Of a stretch of DNA of 64,000 nucleotides, positions 38,774 through 48,557 are shown one piece after another. Every line of letters starts with the position of its first letter. The stretch's first letter is position 1. The translations under genes and the position numbers were made by a program. The notes beneath the pieces were generated by a model that ran no database searches, was not told the DNA's origin, and worked only from the letters and a program-made list of their open reading frames with translations. The stretch is from Candidatus Woesearchaeota archaeon (GTDB lineage: Archaea > Nanobdellota > Nanobdellia > Woesearchaeales > SKIA01). The DNA lies in NCBI GenBank assembly GCA_046704725.1, contig JBJKRI010000003.1, positions 32,001 through 96,000 of the forward strand, written 5' to 3'.

Positions 38774-39786
38774 CGCAGCACTCCGGCCACGCCGCCGAGG
38801 GGGTCGAGCTGGCCTGTCGCGTGCCGCACGACATGCACTTCGGCCCCGGTCTTCCTCGCATTCTCCATGAGCGCGTCCAGCTCGGGATACCACCCTTCCT
38901 CCCGTGCCTTCGCGATGAGCGTGCCGCTCACGACCAGCGTCTCCACCTGACCGACCATCGCTTTCTCCGTGCACTCGTCGCGCCCATAGCACGCCTTGTC
39001 CTTGGCGATCGCCGCGAGGACGCGTTCCACGAGCATCCCTTCGGTGCGGGCCCTGTCCGTCTCCAGCGCTTGCTCCACTTCTGGCCGCTTGAGCGCCTCA
39101 CGGACTCCTGCTTCGCCGCCGGCGCTGACCGTGGCGAGCGTGAGCTTCTTCCGTTGCGTTTCGGGCAACGCGTTGCGCAGGTAGTCCGTCCAGAAGGCAG
39201 GGCTCGCCGCGATGATGGATTGGTATGCATTCCGCCCGTCCAGCTCCATGACAGCGGCGGAGAGCGTCTTCCAGAAGTCCTCCGCGCCCCCGCCGGGCGC
39301 TTTCTTGACGACATCCCCGGACAATGTGGTGATGACCTCGTGCCCTTTCCGTGTCAGGTGCGCGAGCGTCGCGCTCTCGCGGTCGAACACCACGAGCAAT
39401 ACGTTGATCGGCTTCGCTTTCGCCGCTTCTTCCATGCGCTGCCTGTTCTCGGCGTCCCAGTCCTTGATGATGGACAGCTCGGTCCCGGGCGTGACCGCGA
39501 TGCTGTGGTGGTCCCCGAAGCTCACGAGGTCCTCTGGTCCTTCAGCGATCGTGCCTTGCACGCGCAGCACGTCCGTCTCGAGCTCGGTCTTCGTCACCAC
39601 GACGGTGAGGGTCATGGGTTTTCGCACTTGCTTGGTCTTGTCCGCTCCCACCGCCACCTTGCGTTCGGTACGCGCCCGTACCTTGTCCCCTTCGGCGATG
39701 ATGTGCGAGAGCTCCCACAGGTCGTCGGCCGATTCCGCACGGACGCGTATCAGGCCTTCTCTCGGCGTTTTCTGCAGAATGCGCAT
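38767..39786 (-). CDS. pelA: pelota (aPelota/Dom34) ribosome rescue factor
   Basis: DDLWELSHII..GD, LRVQGTI, HHSI, LGGVAGVLRW. Confidence 0.95.
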   Translation of the reverse strand: MRILQKTPREGLIRVRAESADDLWELSHIIAEGDKVRARTERKVAVGADKTKQVRKPMTLTVVVTKTELETDVLRVQGTIAEGPEDLVSFGDHHSIAVTPGTELSIIKDWDAENRQRMEEAAKAKPINVLLVVFDRESATLAHLTRKGHEVITTLSGDVVKKAPGGGAEDFWKTLSAAVMELDGRNAYQSIIAASPAFWTDYLRNALPETQRKKLTLATVSAGGEAGVREALKRPEVEQALETDRARTEGMLVERVLAAIAKDKACYGRDECTEKAMVGQVETLVVSGTLIAKAREEGWYPELDALMENARKTGAEVHVVRHATGQLDPLGGVAGVLRW

Positions 39787-39836
39787 GTTTTTGCCAAAGA
39801 AAACGTTTATATATATACTTTTGTCAGGCGGAAACG

Positions 39837-40970
39837 ATGGATTGGCGGAGACGGGCCCAGGCGGGAGCAGCGGTGCTCATCGCCCTAATCGCTGTCCTTA
39901 TCATCATGTACGTGCTCTTCTTGCCGCCGGCCGACCGTGCTGTGCTCCTCAACGAGACCTCGCCCGCGACCGCGGTCAACACGACGGGCTCGAACGTGAT
40001 CTTCCAGACCGTCCCGACCGTCGCGCAACAGCAAGGTCCGGAGACGCATGGCATGCCGCCGTTCACCGTCCGGACCCAGACCAGCGGCAACGTCCTCGCG
40101 GATCGCTCGTCCCTATCGGTCTCTCGCACCGCTTTCTCCAACAGTCCCGAGACCGTCGTATTTGATATGCCTTCCAGCTCGTCGAATCCTCTCCTCAGCT
40201 TCACGGCTTCCTCTTCGACGGGCGGGTTGCGCGTCCTGCTCAACAACGTCTCTATCTTCGACGCGGTCATACAGCACCCGCAGGTCGCTCCGATACAGCT
40301 GCCTGCTGGTATGCTGACCTCGCATAACACACTCACCTTCGAGGCTGATCCCGTCGGCTTCGCGATCTGGCAGAGCCACCAGACGAACCTGGTGAACGTG
40401 CGCGTCACCGCTGATGTCACGAGCTTCGCGCAGGCCGGCCAGACCCAGCGCATCGCCATCACCGACCCCGCATCCATCCAGTCCGCCGGTCTGGTCTTCG
40501 TGCCCGACTGCCCGCAGAAGCAGGGCCGCCTGACGGTCACCATGAACGGCGAGACGATCTACAGCGGCTTCCCCGACTGTGGCATCCCCGTGCATGTCGA
40601 GCTCGCGCAGTCGCACATCAAGGACGGCGAGAATGTCCTGTCCTTCTCCGTCGGCAAGGGCGAGTACAGCATCGACCAGGCGTCGGTGAACGTCCTGCGC
40701 CAGCAGCAGAACACGCAGAAGTCCTTCACCATCAGCCAGAACCTCCTCAGTCAGGTGGCTGCGCAGCAGCGACCCATCCTCTTGCGTCTTGCCTTCGCAC
40801 AGCCCGAAGCGCAGGGCGTCATCATCCTCAACGGCCAGCAGCTCGCGTTCCGAACGCACCAGCAATCGTTCGCGGCCCCGATCACGCAGTACCTGCATGT
40901 GGGCAGCAACACGATACAGGTCGCGCAAACGAGCGTCGGCATCGTCTCGCTCAGCGTGCTCTCGGGCTGA
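39837..40970 (+). CDS. surface protein with class III (pilin-type) signal peptide
   Basis: MDWRRRA/QAGAAVLIALIAVLIIMYVLFLPP followed by beta-rich domains. Confidence 0.8.
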   Translation: MDWRRRAQAGAAVLIALIAVLIIMYVLFLPPADRAVLLNETSPATAVNTTGSNVIFQTVPTVAQQQGPETHGMPPFTVRTQTSGNVLADRSSLSVSRTAFSNSPETVVFDMPSSSSNPLLSFTASSSTGGLRVLLNNVSIFDAVIQHPQVAPIQLPAGMLTSHNTLTFEADPVGFAIWQSHQTNLVNVRVTADVTSFAQAGQTQRIAITDPASIQSAGLVFVPDCPQKQGRLTVTMNGETIYSGFPDCGIPVHVELAQSHIKDGENVLSFSVGKGEYSIDQASVNVLRQQQNTQKSFTISQNLLSQVAAQQRPILLRLAFAQPEAQGVIILNGQQLAFRTHQQSFAAPITQYLHVGSNTIQVAQTSVGIVSLSVLSG

Positions 40971-41037
40971 AGAGGTGGGAACCACAGTGACGTCGAAGAC
41001 GCTTCAGGACAGTCCGCACGCTCGGGGTGAGTCGTAG

Positions 41038-42747
41038 GTGGCTTTCGAGGCTTTCGGTCACCGCGCCCCCACCGGCCATGATCCGGTGGACCGTTTCCAC
41101 GAGCAGGTCGGGTCGGCGCAACTCTTCATTCTCGTCGTGATCACGGTGTTCACGTTCGGCTGGGACCTGTGGGTGAACAACTTCCGCCGTCTCGGGGGCT
41201 CGACCGCATCGAACATCGCGTTCTTCTTCATCTACCTGCTCGTCGGCATCATGCTCTACTGGTTCATCAATGGGAACCTCTCGAGCTGGGACCCCAAGAC
41301 ATTCTGGTTCATCGTGCGCCGGTTCGCTTTCGTGTTCTTCGTGCCGTACATCTTGCACGCCATCAGGCAGCCCTCGCTCACGGGTTACGCGAGCTTCCTC
41401 CCCGTTGTCGGGGCGTACCTGCTCGCTATGGTGACAAGCGCGTATCTTCCCTTGATCGTCATGTACTACGCCGGCTTCACGCACTACGTGCTCGACCAGG
41501 CGAGCCATCGCTGGAAGGCGGCGTACTACCTCAACAACCTCATTACGCTGTTCGTCATCCTGTTGATTTTCGTCCCGCTTTTCACCGCGCTCGCCTCCTC
41601 GCCGCAATTGCAGCGGTACGGTGTGTCGGGGGAGCAGGTGCCCGGTTTCTCGCAGATGTTCTCCGACTCCTGGCACTTCATCACAGGAACGTATCATAAG
41701 GTGGTCAGCGGCGTGCAGAACAAGGTGAACCAGACGCTCCAGCCGATCACGTACACCGGCACGGTCGAGCAGAACCAAGGAGCCCAATTGGGTGTCTTCA
41801 TCACTGACGTCAATCCGATCAAGGACGTCTTTGTCATCGACCAGGCGAAGGATGGCACGCGCAGCATCGGCCAGGACAAGAACGTGCAGTTCTTCGGCAC
41901 GGTGAAGGCCCGCACGCTCGCGAACGACTTCCCGCTGCAGCTGAGTTGCCTGTACACTTGGCAGGGCGGGAAGCAGCCCGTCACTGTCCCTGCGCAACCG
42001 TCGCACCTGACGGTGCCGTTCACAGGGAGCAATGGCCTTGAGCAGTTCCCGTTCAACTGCAGGATCCCCATGAGCTCGTTGCCGTACGCGGACGCGAACG
42101 GCCTGAGCGGCCAGTTCTGGGTGCGCGCCAATTTCTCCTTCGACACGTGGGGGTATGTCACCTTCACCTTCATGGACCGCCAGCAGATGACCGCCTTGCT
42201 CCGTGACGGGAAGGATCCCGCGACATACCTCGGGCTTCCTTCCAGCATGCCTATCGCGAAGTACACGCCCGGTCCCGTGTCGCTGGGTATGGCAACCATG
42301 TCGCAGCCTATCGGCGTGAATACGCAGGACCCCTCCTCGAACGTCTTGCCGAGCTTCGGAGTGACCTTGTCCAACGCGTGGGCCGGCCAGGGCAACATCA
42401 CGCATATCGCGCGAGTCATCCTCCAGGTGCCCGATCCCATGCAGCTCGACCCGAACAACTGCGCGGGACTCGACTTCAAGCACGTGGATGTCTATGCGCA
42501 GGCCGGGCCGACGCCGTACGGGAACGTCACGCCGGGGTACACCTGGTACGTGTTCGACGATGTGGGCACGCCGGGCGCCACCTATCTCACGATGACCTGT
42601 CCGCTCAAGCTGAAGGACGGGAAATCATGGTCATCCCTGCTCGGGCCCGACCTCTCGAGCCAGCAGTACACGCTGGTGGCGCGAACGACGTATGACTACC
42701 TCCTGCAGCGCACCGCGCCAGCGCAGTTCCGGGTGATGCCCAAATGA
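41038..42747 (+). CDS. multi-TM membrane protein with large extracellular beta-rich domain
   Basis: About 5-6 N-terminal TM segments; TPGPVSLGM, FGVTLSN, terminal YDY. Confidence 0.8.
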   Translation: MAFEAFGHRAPTGHDPVDRFHEQVGSAQLFILVVITVFTFGWDLWVNNFRRLGGSTASNIAFFFIYLLVGIMLYWFINGNLSSWDPKTFWFIVRRFAFVFFVPYILHAIRQPSLTGYASFLPVVGAYLLAMVTSAYLPLIVMYYAGFTHYVLDQASHRWKAAYYLNNLITLFVILLIFVPLFTALASSPQLQRYGVSGEQVPGFSQMFSDSWHFITGTYHKVVSGVQNKVNQTLQPITYTGTVEQNQGAQLGVFITDVNPIKDVFVIDQAKDGTRSIGQDKNVQFFGTVKARTLANDFPLQLSCLYTWQGGKQPVTVPAQPSHLTVPFTGSNGLEQFPFNCRIPMSSLPYADANGLSGQFWVRANFSFDTWGYVTFTFMDRQQMTALLRDGKDPATYLGLPSSMPIAKYTPGPVSLGMATMSQPIGVNTQDPSSNVLPSFGVTLSNAWAGQGNITHIARVILQVPDPMQLDPNNCAGLDFKHVDVYAQAGPTPYGNVTPGYTWYVFDDVGTPGATYLTMTCPLKLKDGKSWSSLLGPDLSSQQYTLVARTTYDYLLQRTAPAQFRVMPK

Positions 42748-43646
42748 GACGCACGCTCGTCCTCCTCATCGGGCTTCTCGTGCTCGCCGGCTGCGCGCAG
42801 CAGGCAAAGACGACGCCCTTCACGCTGACGGGCACCGACGGCGTCACGCTCACGAACGTCTACGCGCCCAAGAACGTCTACGCCGGCGAGGACTTCTCCT
42901 TGAGCTATGACCTCAAGAACGCAGGCATCACGAACATCACTTCGGACAATCCCGGCCATCTCATCGTCTCGTGGGACAAGCTCTACACGATCTACAATGG
43001 GAGCGTCTCCTCGTCGGGCGCCGACACCTTCACGCTGCGCGGGAAGGATCTCTATGAGGATGGGCAGACCTCCTACGTGACCCTGTACTTCACGGCGAAC
43101 CAGTTGCAGCGCAACAGCCAGCAGGTCACAACGCCGATCATGCTCACCGTCTGCTATCCCTACGCCTCGGACATCACGACGCAGGTCTGCATCGAGCAGA
43201 CCCAGCGCGTGGACCAGGGCGCCGTGGCCTGCACGCCCGCACCGGTCCATCCGGATTCCCCTGGCGCGCCCATCGGCGTCAAGGACGTGGAGGTCCGCAC
43301 CCAGCGGGTGCAGAGCGGCAACCAGTTGCTGCTCCTGCCGCAGTTCCGCATCACGCTCACCAATTATGACAATGGTATCCCGTCTATCGGCGCGTGCGAC
43401 GATCCGAACGCGCAGCTCAATGCCGCGCTCGTCTCGGCCACCCTCCTCAACCAGCAGCTCGACTGCGGGAGCGGCCTTGTGCATTTCACCAACGGCGACG
43501 CGTTCATCCTCTGCTCTGTCCCGCCGTCGCATCCCGTTTCCCGCGGCGTCGGGAACTTCATCAGCCTGCTCTCCATCCACGCGTCCTACACCTATCGCCA
43601 GAGCGACAAGACGGAGGTGACCATCCTCAACAATGGTCTCCAGTAA
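42744..43646 (+). CDS. predicted lipoprotein, surface paralog family
   Basis: LAGC lipobox; CYPY...VCIE, GAPIGV, terminal YTY. Confidence 0.85.
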   Translation: MRRTLVLLIGLLVLAGCAQQAKTTPFTLTGTDGVTLTNVYAPKNVYAGEDFSLSYDLKNAGITNITSDNPGHLIVSWDKLYTIYNGSVSSSGADTFTLRGKDLYEDGQTSYVTLYFTANQLQRNSQQVTTPIMLTVCYPYASDITTQVCIEQTQRVDQGAVACTPAPVHPDSPGAPIGVKDVEVRTQRVQSGNQLLLLPQFRITLTNYDNGIPSIGACDDPNAQLNAALVSATLLNQQLDCGSGLVHFTNGDAFILCSVPPSHPVSRGVGNFISLLSIHASYTYRQSDKTEVTILNNGLQ

Positions 43647-43677
43647 GGGTTTTATAGCGGCGTCGCGCCAAGCGCTC

Positions 43678-45075
43678 ATGCGTCCCTCACTGTTCGCCCT
43701 CGCGGCGCTCCTCGTCCTCGCCGGCTGCTCGTCGGTATTGCCCACCGGAACGGGCTCTGGCTCGGGCGTCGGTGTCGTCACGACCATCGCGAACGCACCG
43801 TCCATCACCGACGCGTACTTCACCCTCAACTCGAAACCCGGTCAGACTCTCCCCCAACAGCTCCAGTCGTTGGGTCAGGGGGATCCCGTCCATCTCTTCG
43901 ACATGAACCTCGTCGTCCACGACGAGGGATACGCCGATTCTCTCACCGCGCTGTATATCTCCGGGTACGACCCGAGCCTTTTCGCCGTCGTGCCGCTCGG
44001 TCCGTACCTCGCGCAGAGCAAGACGCGTTACTGTTATCGTGACGTCACCCTCGAGTCCGACAGCACGTGGAGCGCGAATGTCTTGTGCGAGGCTGGTGAC
44101 CAGGTCTATCTCGGCGGCGGCTACACGTCCGGCTCGAACGGCGGTTTCTCCGTGAGCGCGTACAATGCGAACGTGGCCAAGTATCTCGATTCCCTCGTCT
44201 CCCTCATCAAGGGCGGGCAGACCTCCGTCTTCGAGAAGTATGGCTTGTTCCAGAACATGAGCGTGACCTGTTCGGCGCCTACGTCGGGTTCCTCGCAGTA
44301 CCAGAAGGGCTGCCGCATCAGCAGCCCCCTCGGTGCGTTCTACTATAACCGCGCCTCCCAGGGCGCCTTGGCCCTGGCCTTGTACGGCGATTCCGTGCGT
44401 AACTGCCAGAACGGCTGCATCCTCGTGCCGAGCCCGCGGCTTCCCGACCAGTTCTTGTCGGGCAACACCGCGCAGTATCCTGGCGGCGAGGCGGCCAATG
44501 TGGATCTTGGCGTCTACATGGACCGTTCGCGTTGGCCCGCGAACCTCAATGACCATCAGCAGCTCTTCCAGGTCACCGCTTGCTCCTTGTACACCACGTA
44601 TGCTACGCCGACGGTCTGCATCGACCCGAACCCCGCCACGAGTGATGGCGAGGTCTGCAGGCCGGGCATCCTGAAGATGCAGTCCCAGCCCGCGCCGGTC
44701 TCTATCACGAGCATCGACGAGGTCAATCAGGGCCCGCGCGTGATGTTCACCATCCACGTCAAGAACGAGGGCTCGGGCACGGTCTTCGACCCTGGCAGCA
44801 TCGATTATTGCGCGCCGTCCGCGCCGGATTCCATGGCCAGCCAGCGCCGCAACGAGGCCAAGATCGTCGACGCGCGCGTGCTCGGTTCGCTCAAGGCCAT
44901 GGATTGCCGTGACGGTATCATCCATTTCGTGAACGGCCAGGGCCAGGTGACGTGCTTCTATGACTTGCCGCCCGAGAGCATCGGCCGCCCTGCTTACCAG
45001 ACCACCGTCAGCTTCGAGATCGCCTACATCTATAGGAATATCCAGACGGTGGAGACGACGATCCACCGGACATGA
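43678..45075 (+). CDS. predicted lipoprotein, surface paralog family (with insertion)
   Basis: LAGC lipobox; TATA at about 43650; CSLY...VCID, PAPVSI, KNEGSG, YIY. Confidence 0.85.
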   Translation: MRPSLFALAALLVLAGCSSVLPTGTGSGSGVGVVTTIANAPSITDAYFTLNSKPGQTLPQQLQSLGQGDPVHLFDMNLVVHDEGYADSLTALYISGYDPSLFAVVPLGPYLAQSKTRYCYRDVTLESDSTWSANVLCEAGDQVYLGGGYTSGSNGGFSVSAYNANVAKYLDSLVSLIKGGQTSVFEKYGLFQNMSVTCSAPTSGSSQYQKGCRISSPLGAFYYNRASQGALALALYGDSVRNCQNGCILVPSPRLPDQFLSGNTAQYPGGEAANVDLGVYMDRSRWPANLNDHQQLFQVTACSLYTTYATPTVCIDPNPATSDGEVCRPGILKMQSQPAPVSITSIDEVNQGPRVMFTIHVKNEGSGTVFDPGSIDYCAPSAPDSMASQRRNEAKIVDARVLGSLKAMDCRDGIIHFVNGQGQVTCFYDLPPESIGRPAYQTTVSFEIAYIYRNIQTVETTIHRT

Positions 45076-45133
45076 GTTCTCTTCACTATGGAAGATAAAA
45101 AGGATTAAATACTTTTACCACCATACAGTGAGT

Positions 45134-45706
45134 ATGTTTCGTACCTCCATGGTGCTGTTGGCGCTGACGCTCGCGTGCATCCCGCTCGTGAGCGCCAGTC
45201 CCATCCTGCAATACACCGGCTATGGCCCCGGCCTGTTCGGTATCGGGGACTACAACGCCCTCAGCGTGCAAGGCAACGGCTACAGCACGGGCTTCTACAC
45301 CTCACCAGACAACGCTTATGTCTACAGCACGAGCACGGGACCCGGGCTCAATTATGGCGTGAGCTTCTCGCGCAACTACTACACCCAGTACAACACCTAC
45401 CCTGACCAGAACATGAACTACCGCACGATCGGTTACGGCAACTGGCAGCTCCAGAGCGCCTCGGTGAGCTGCGCTGACTGCGGCTATAACGCCTACATGG
45501 GCTTCAACCCGTACACCCGGACCTACGGCATCGACGCGCAGATCGGCGGCTACCCCAACTCTTACGGACCGGGCTACCTAGGCTACACCCAGAACCTCGG
45601 CCAGGGATTGTACGACACGGGCATGAGCGCCTACGGTTGGACCCAGCCCTACTACCCCTCCACCCCGAGCGCCTACACCGGCTGGGGATCGAGCTACTAT
45701 TCGTGA
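45134..45706 (+). CDS. secreted Tyr/Gly-rich low-complexity protein
   Basis: Signal peptide ending VSA; mature part dominated by Y, G, S, T, N. Confidence 0.75.
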   Translation: MFRTSMVLLALTLACIPLVSASPILQYTGYGPGLFGIGDYNALSVQGNGYSTGFYTSPDNAYVYSTSTGPGLNYGVSFSRNYYTQYNTYPDQNMNYRTIGYGNWQLQSASVSCADCGYNAYMGFNPYTRTYGIDAQIGGYPNSYGPGYLGYTQNLGQGLYDTGMSAYGWTQPYYPSTPSAYTGWGSSYYS

Positions 45707-45775
45707 AGCGTACCACTGTGGGATGCTCGCGCGCCTGACGCAACATTTAAAAAGCGCTTTTCCCGGTTCTCAGGC

Positions 45776-46804
45776 ATGAGGCGCGCCCTTCTGGCCATCC
45801 TTGCCATCGCACTCGTCGCGTTGGCAGGCTGCAGCACACAAAAGCCGCAGACCCCGAACCTGGCGCAGCCATTCATCGGCGGCACGGGGTCCCTCGCGAT
45901 CAGCTATCCGCCCGGTATGCCGCCGAAAGAGATCTTCGACGCGGGCCAGACCAAGTTCAGCATCGGCGTGCTCATGGAGAACGTCGGCGAGAGCGCTGTC
46001 GGCGTCAACACTCCCAATCCCTACGGCTATGTCGAGCTCATCGGCATCAATCCCCAGCAGTTCGGCAAGAACCCATCGGACATGCGCATATACTTCGACC
46101 AGGCAAATCTCCAGCTCAAGCCCGCACGCCGCGGCTATGACGGCAGCGTCGTGCCGGGCGACTCGGGCATGATCGAGTTCAGCGGATTGTCCTATCTCCC
46201 GAACCGCTTCGGCAACACGAACGTCACCGTGCGCGCCAACGCCTGCTACGAGTACCACACCTACGCCGACGCGCAGGTCTGCATCAAGGACAACGTGCTG
46301 GAGAATCCCACCGACGCGACCATCTGCGTCCTCAACGGGGCAAAGCAGGTCTCGAGCAGCAGCGGTCCCGTCCAAGTCACTGGCCTGACGGAGAACCCCG
46401 CCGGCTCGAACAAGATCCAGGTCACCTTCACCGTCGACAATGTCGGCAAGGGCATGGTATTCCTGCCGCCCACCCAGCAGGGCATCAGCTCGCACGGCGA
46501 CGCCTGCGTCGAGAGCGCCGGCGCCAATCCGTACCAGAACGCGGCCCTCGCGAAGGTCAGCCTCAACGGCATGGTCGTCAACTGCCCGCTCTTCGGTGGC
46601 GGCTCGCAAGGCATCGTGCACATGTACCAGGGCTCGCCAGCGACCATCTCGTGCACCATCACGACCGACCCGACGGCCGGCCGTATCTACACGGATAGCC
46701 TGCAGATCACGCTCGACTACACCTACCTGGAGTGGATAGACACGCCGATCCTCGTGCGTGACACGAACGTCGGCTTCACCGAGCCCGGCACGCAGACGCA
46801 GTAG
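45776..46804 (+). CDS. predicted lipoprotein, surface paralog family
   Basis: LAGC lipobox; CYEY...VCIK, SGPVQV, DNVGKG, YTY. Confidence 0.85.
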   Translation: MRRALLAILAIALVALAGCSTQKPQTPNLAQPFIGGTGSLAISYPPGMPPKEIFDAGQTKFSIGVLMENVGESAVGVNTPNPYGYVELIGINPQQFGKNPSDMRIYFDQANLQLKPARRGYDGSVVPGDSGMIEFSGLSYLPNRFGNTNVTVRANACYEYHTYADAQVCIKDNVLENPTDATICVLNGAKQVSSSSGPVQVTGLTENPAGSNKIQVTFTVDNVGKGMVFLPPTQQGISSHGDACVESAGANPYQNAALAKVSLNGMVVNCPLFGGGSQGIVHMYQGSPATISCTITTDPTAGRIYTDSLQITLDYTYLEWIDTPILVRDTNVGFTEPGTQTQ

Positions 46805-46806
46805 CT

Positions 46807-47757
46807 CTACTTCAGCATGAACTGCGCGAGCAACGCTTCGAGCTGGACGAATTCGTCGGAGCCCTCGACCATGCGGAACTCGGCTTCGCCGCAGGCGTTC
46901 ACCAGTGCGAGCTTGCGATCGTCCGGCAACTCCAGGTCCCAGACGGTGCGTTGTACCTGCGAGACGACGTCGAGCCCGGACATACCGTAGTCGAGCATCG
47001 TCTTGAGCAGCGTGTCGCGCGCTTTGAGAAAGTCCCCCTTGCCCGCGAGCTCGAGCACTTCTTTGAGCTCTGCCGGCCGCGCTATAGAAGCCATCTGGTA
47101 CACGCCTTTCTCGGTGACGGTGTCGCTCGTCACCGCCACGGACTGCATGATGTTCTCCAAGCGTCGTACGTCGCCGTGCGACACCGTGCACAGCGCTTCT
47201 TTCGCGTCCTTGTCGACACTGAGCTTCTCCTTCTTCGCTATCGCGTCGATGATGCCGAGGATGTCCTCTTTCGGCAACGGCTTGAACTTGAAGACCGCGC
47301 ACCGGCTCTGGATGGGGTCGATGATCTTCGAGGAGTAGTTGCACGACAGGATGAACCGGCACGACGAGGTGTAGTTCTCCATCGTCCTTCGCAATGCCTG
47401 CTGCGCTTCCCGCGTCAGTGCGTCGGCTTCGTCGAGATAGATGATCTTGAACGGCACGTCGCTCATGCTCCGTGTCCGCGCGAAGTCCTTGATGGTGTTT
47501 CGCACGACGTCGATGCCGCGCTCGTCCGAAGCGTTCAGCTCCAATGTCGAGTCGCGCCAGTTCTCGCCGAACAATTGCCTCGCGACGACCAATGCGAGCG
47601 TCGTCTTGCCAACGCCTGCAGGCCCGACAAAGAGCAGATGGGGCATGTTCTTGGCCTCCACGAACGCCTTGACGCGGGCGACGATGTCTTGTTGCCCGCG
47701 CATCTCCGAGAAGTCCTTGGGGCGGTATTTCTCGGTCCAGATGAGCTCGTGCTCCAT
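46807..47757 (-). CDS. rfcS: replication factor C small subunit
   Basis: WTEKYRP, GPAGVGKT, LNASDERG, LDEAD, IQSRC; no intein. Confidence 0.98.
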   Translation of the reverse strand: MEHELIWTEKYRPKDFSEMRGQQDIVARVKAFVEAKNMPHLLFVGPAGVGKTTLALVVARQLFGENWRDSTLELNASDERGIDVVRNTIKDFARTRSMSDVPFKIIYLDEADALTREAQQALRRTMENYTSSCRFILSCNYSSKIIDPIQSRCAVFKFKPLPKEDILGIIDAIAKKEKLSVDKDAKEALCTVSHGDVRRLENIMQSVAVTSDTVTEKGVYQMASIARPAELKEVLELAGKGDFLKARDTLLKTMLDYGMSGLDVVSQVQRTVWDLELPDDRKLALVNACGEAEFRMVEGSDEFVQLEALLAQFMLK

Positions 47758-47812
47758 ACCGGTGCGAACGGAGCGGCCCTATAAAAAGGGTTCTATGGCG
47801 TTTCCGGTGGTT

Positions 47813-48130
47813 CTACGCCACGCACGCGCCCTGGCTGCAGCCGTTCTTGCAGGTCTTGACCAAGCGCTCGGTCTGCTGCGCGTCGCAACGCGACGTGCAC
47901 GTCCCTTTCTGTCCCGTGCAGACGTTCGCGTAGTAGCCGCGCCAGACGTTGCCGTCCTTGCAGTACGCGCTGCCGTAGAATCCTGACGGTCCGCAGTCGC
48001 TGTTCGTCTTGCACGTGACCGCTGTTGTTCCGTCGCAGGCCGTGCCATGCGGCCACGCCAATGCCATGATGATAGCGACAGCGGCGAGGAGCACGACGAG
48101 TACCGCGAGATGGCTGATCGTGAATCGCAT
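47813..48130 (-). CDS. small membrane-anchored Cys-rich protein
   Basis: N-terminal TM helix, then CKTNSDCG...YC...CKNGCSQGAC. Confidence 0.8.
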   Translation of the reverse strand: MRFTISHLAVLVVLLAAVAIIMALAWPHGTACDGTTAVTCKTNSDCGPSGFYGSAYCKDGNVWRGYYANVCTGQKGTCTSRCDAQQTERLVKTCKNGCSQGACVA

Positions 48131-48136
48131 GAGAAC

Positions 48137-48418
48137 CTAGATGATGTCTTCTTCGGCCACGACGAGGAAGTCTCCCATCGCGATGACCGCGGAGAACGGG
48201 ATGAGCAGGTCGCCTTCGCGCGAGCGCTCGAGATCCATGCGCTCGGTATAGGTGGTCGGGTTCGACAATACCAGGTGGATGAGCTCTCCGGAGCGGGTCT
48301 CGAAGACGATGTCGCCGACCTCGCCGAAGCGCTTGCCGGTCTTGCTCACGACGGTCTTGCCGAGAAGCTGCTTGGAGAAGCGCTTCTCATCTCCATCTCC
48401 TGTCTTGACGTCTACCAT
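48137..48418 (-). CDS. PRC-barrel protein (CdpB-like)
   Basis: LLGKTVVSKTGKRFGEVGDIVF, IPFSAVIAMGDFLVV. Confidence 0.9.
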   Translation of the reverse strand: MVDVKTGDGDEKRFSKQLLGKTVVSKTGKRFGEVGDIVFETRSGELIHLVLSNPTTYTERMDLERSREGDLLIPFSAVIAMGDFLVVAEEDII

Positions 48419-48557
48419 CCACTTCGAATGGCAACACCGGATATTTAAAGGTTATGTTCGGGTGCCGGGCAGTCGACCATCGGGGTCTTGTGGCTTCTCT
48501 TATTGAGATATAGTTCAAAATAGTTAACCTTTTCTAGTTAACTAACTATCTATTGCT

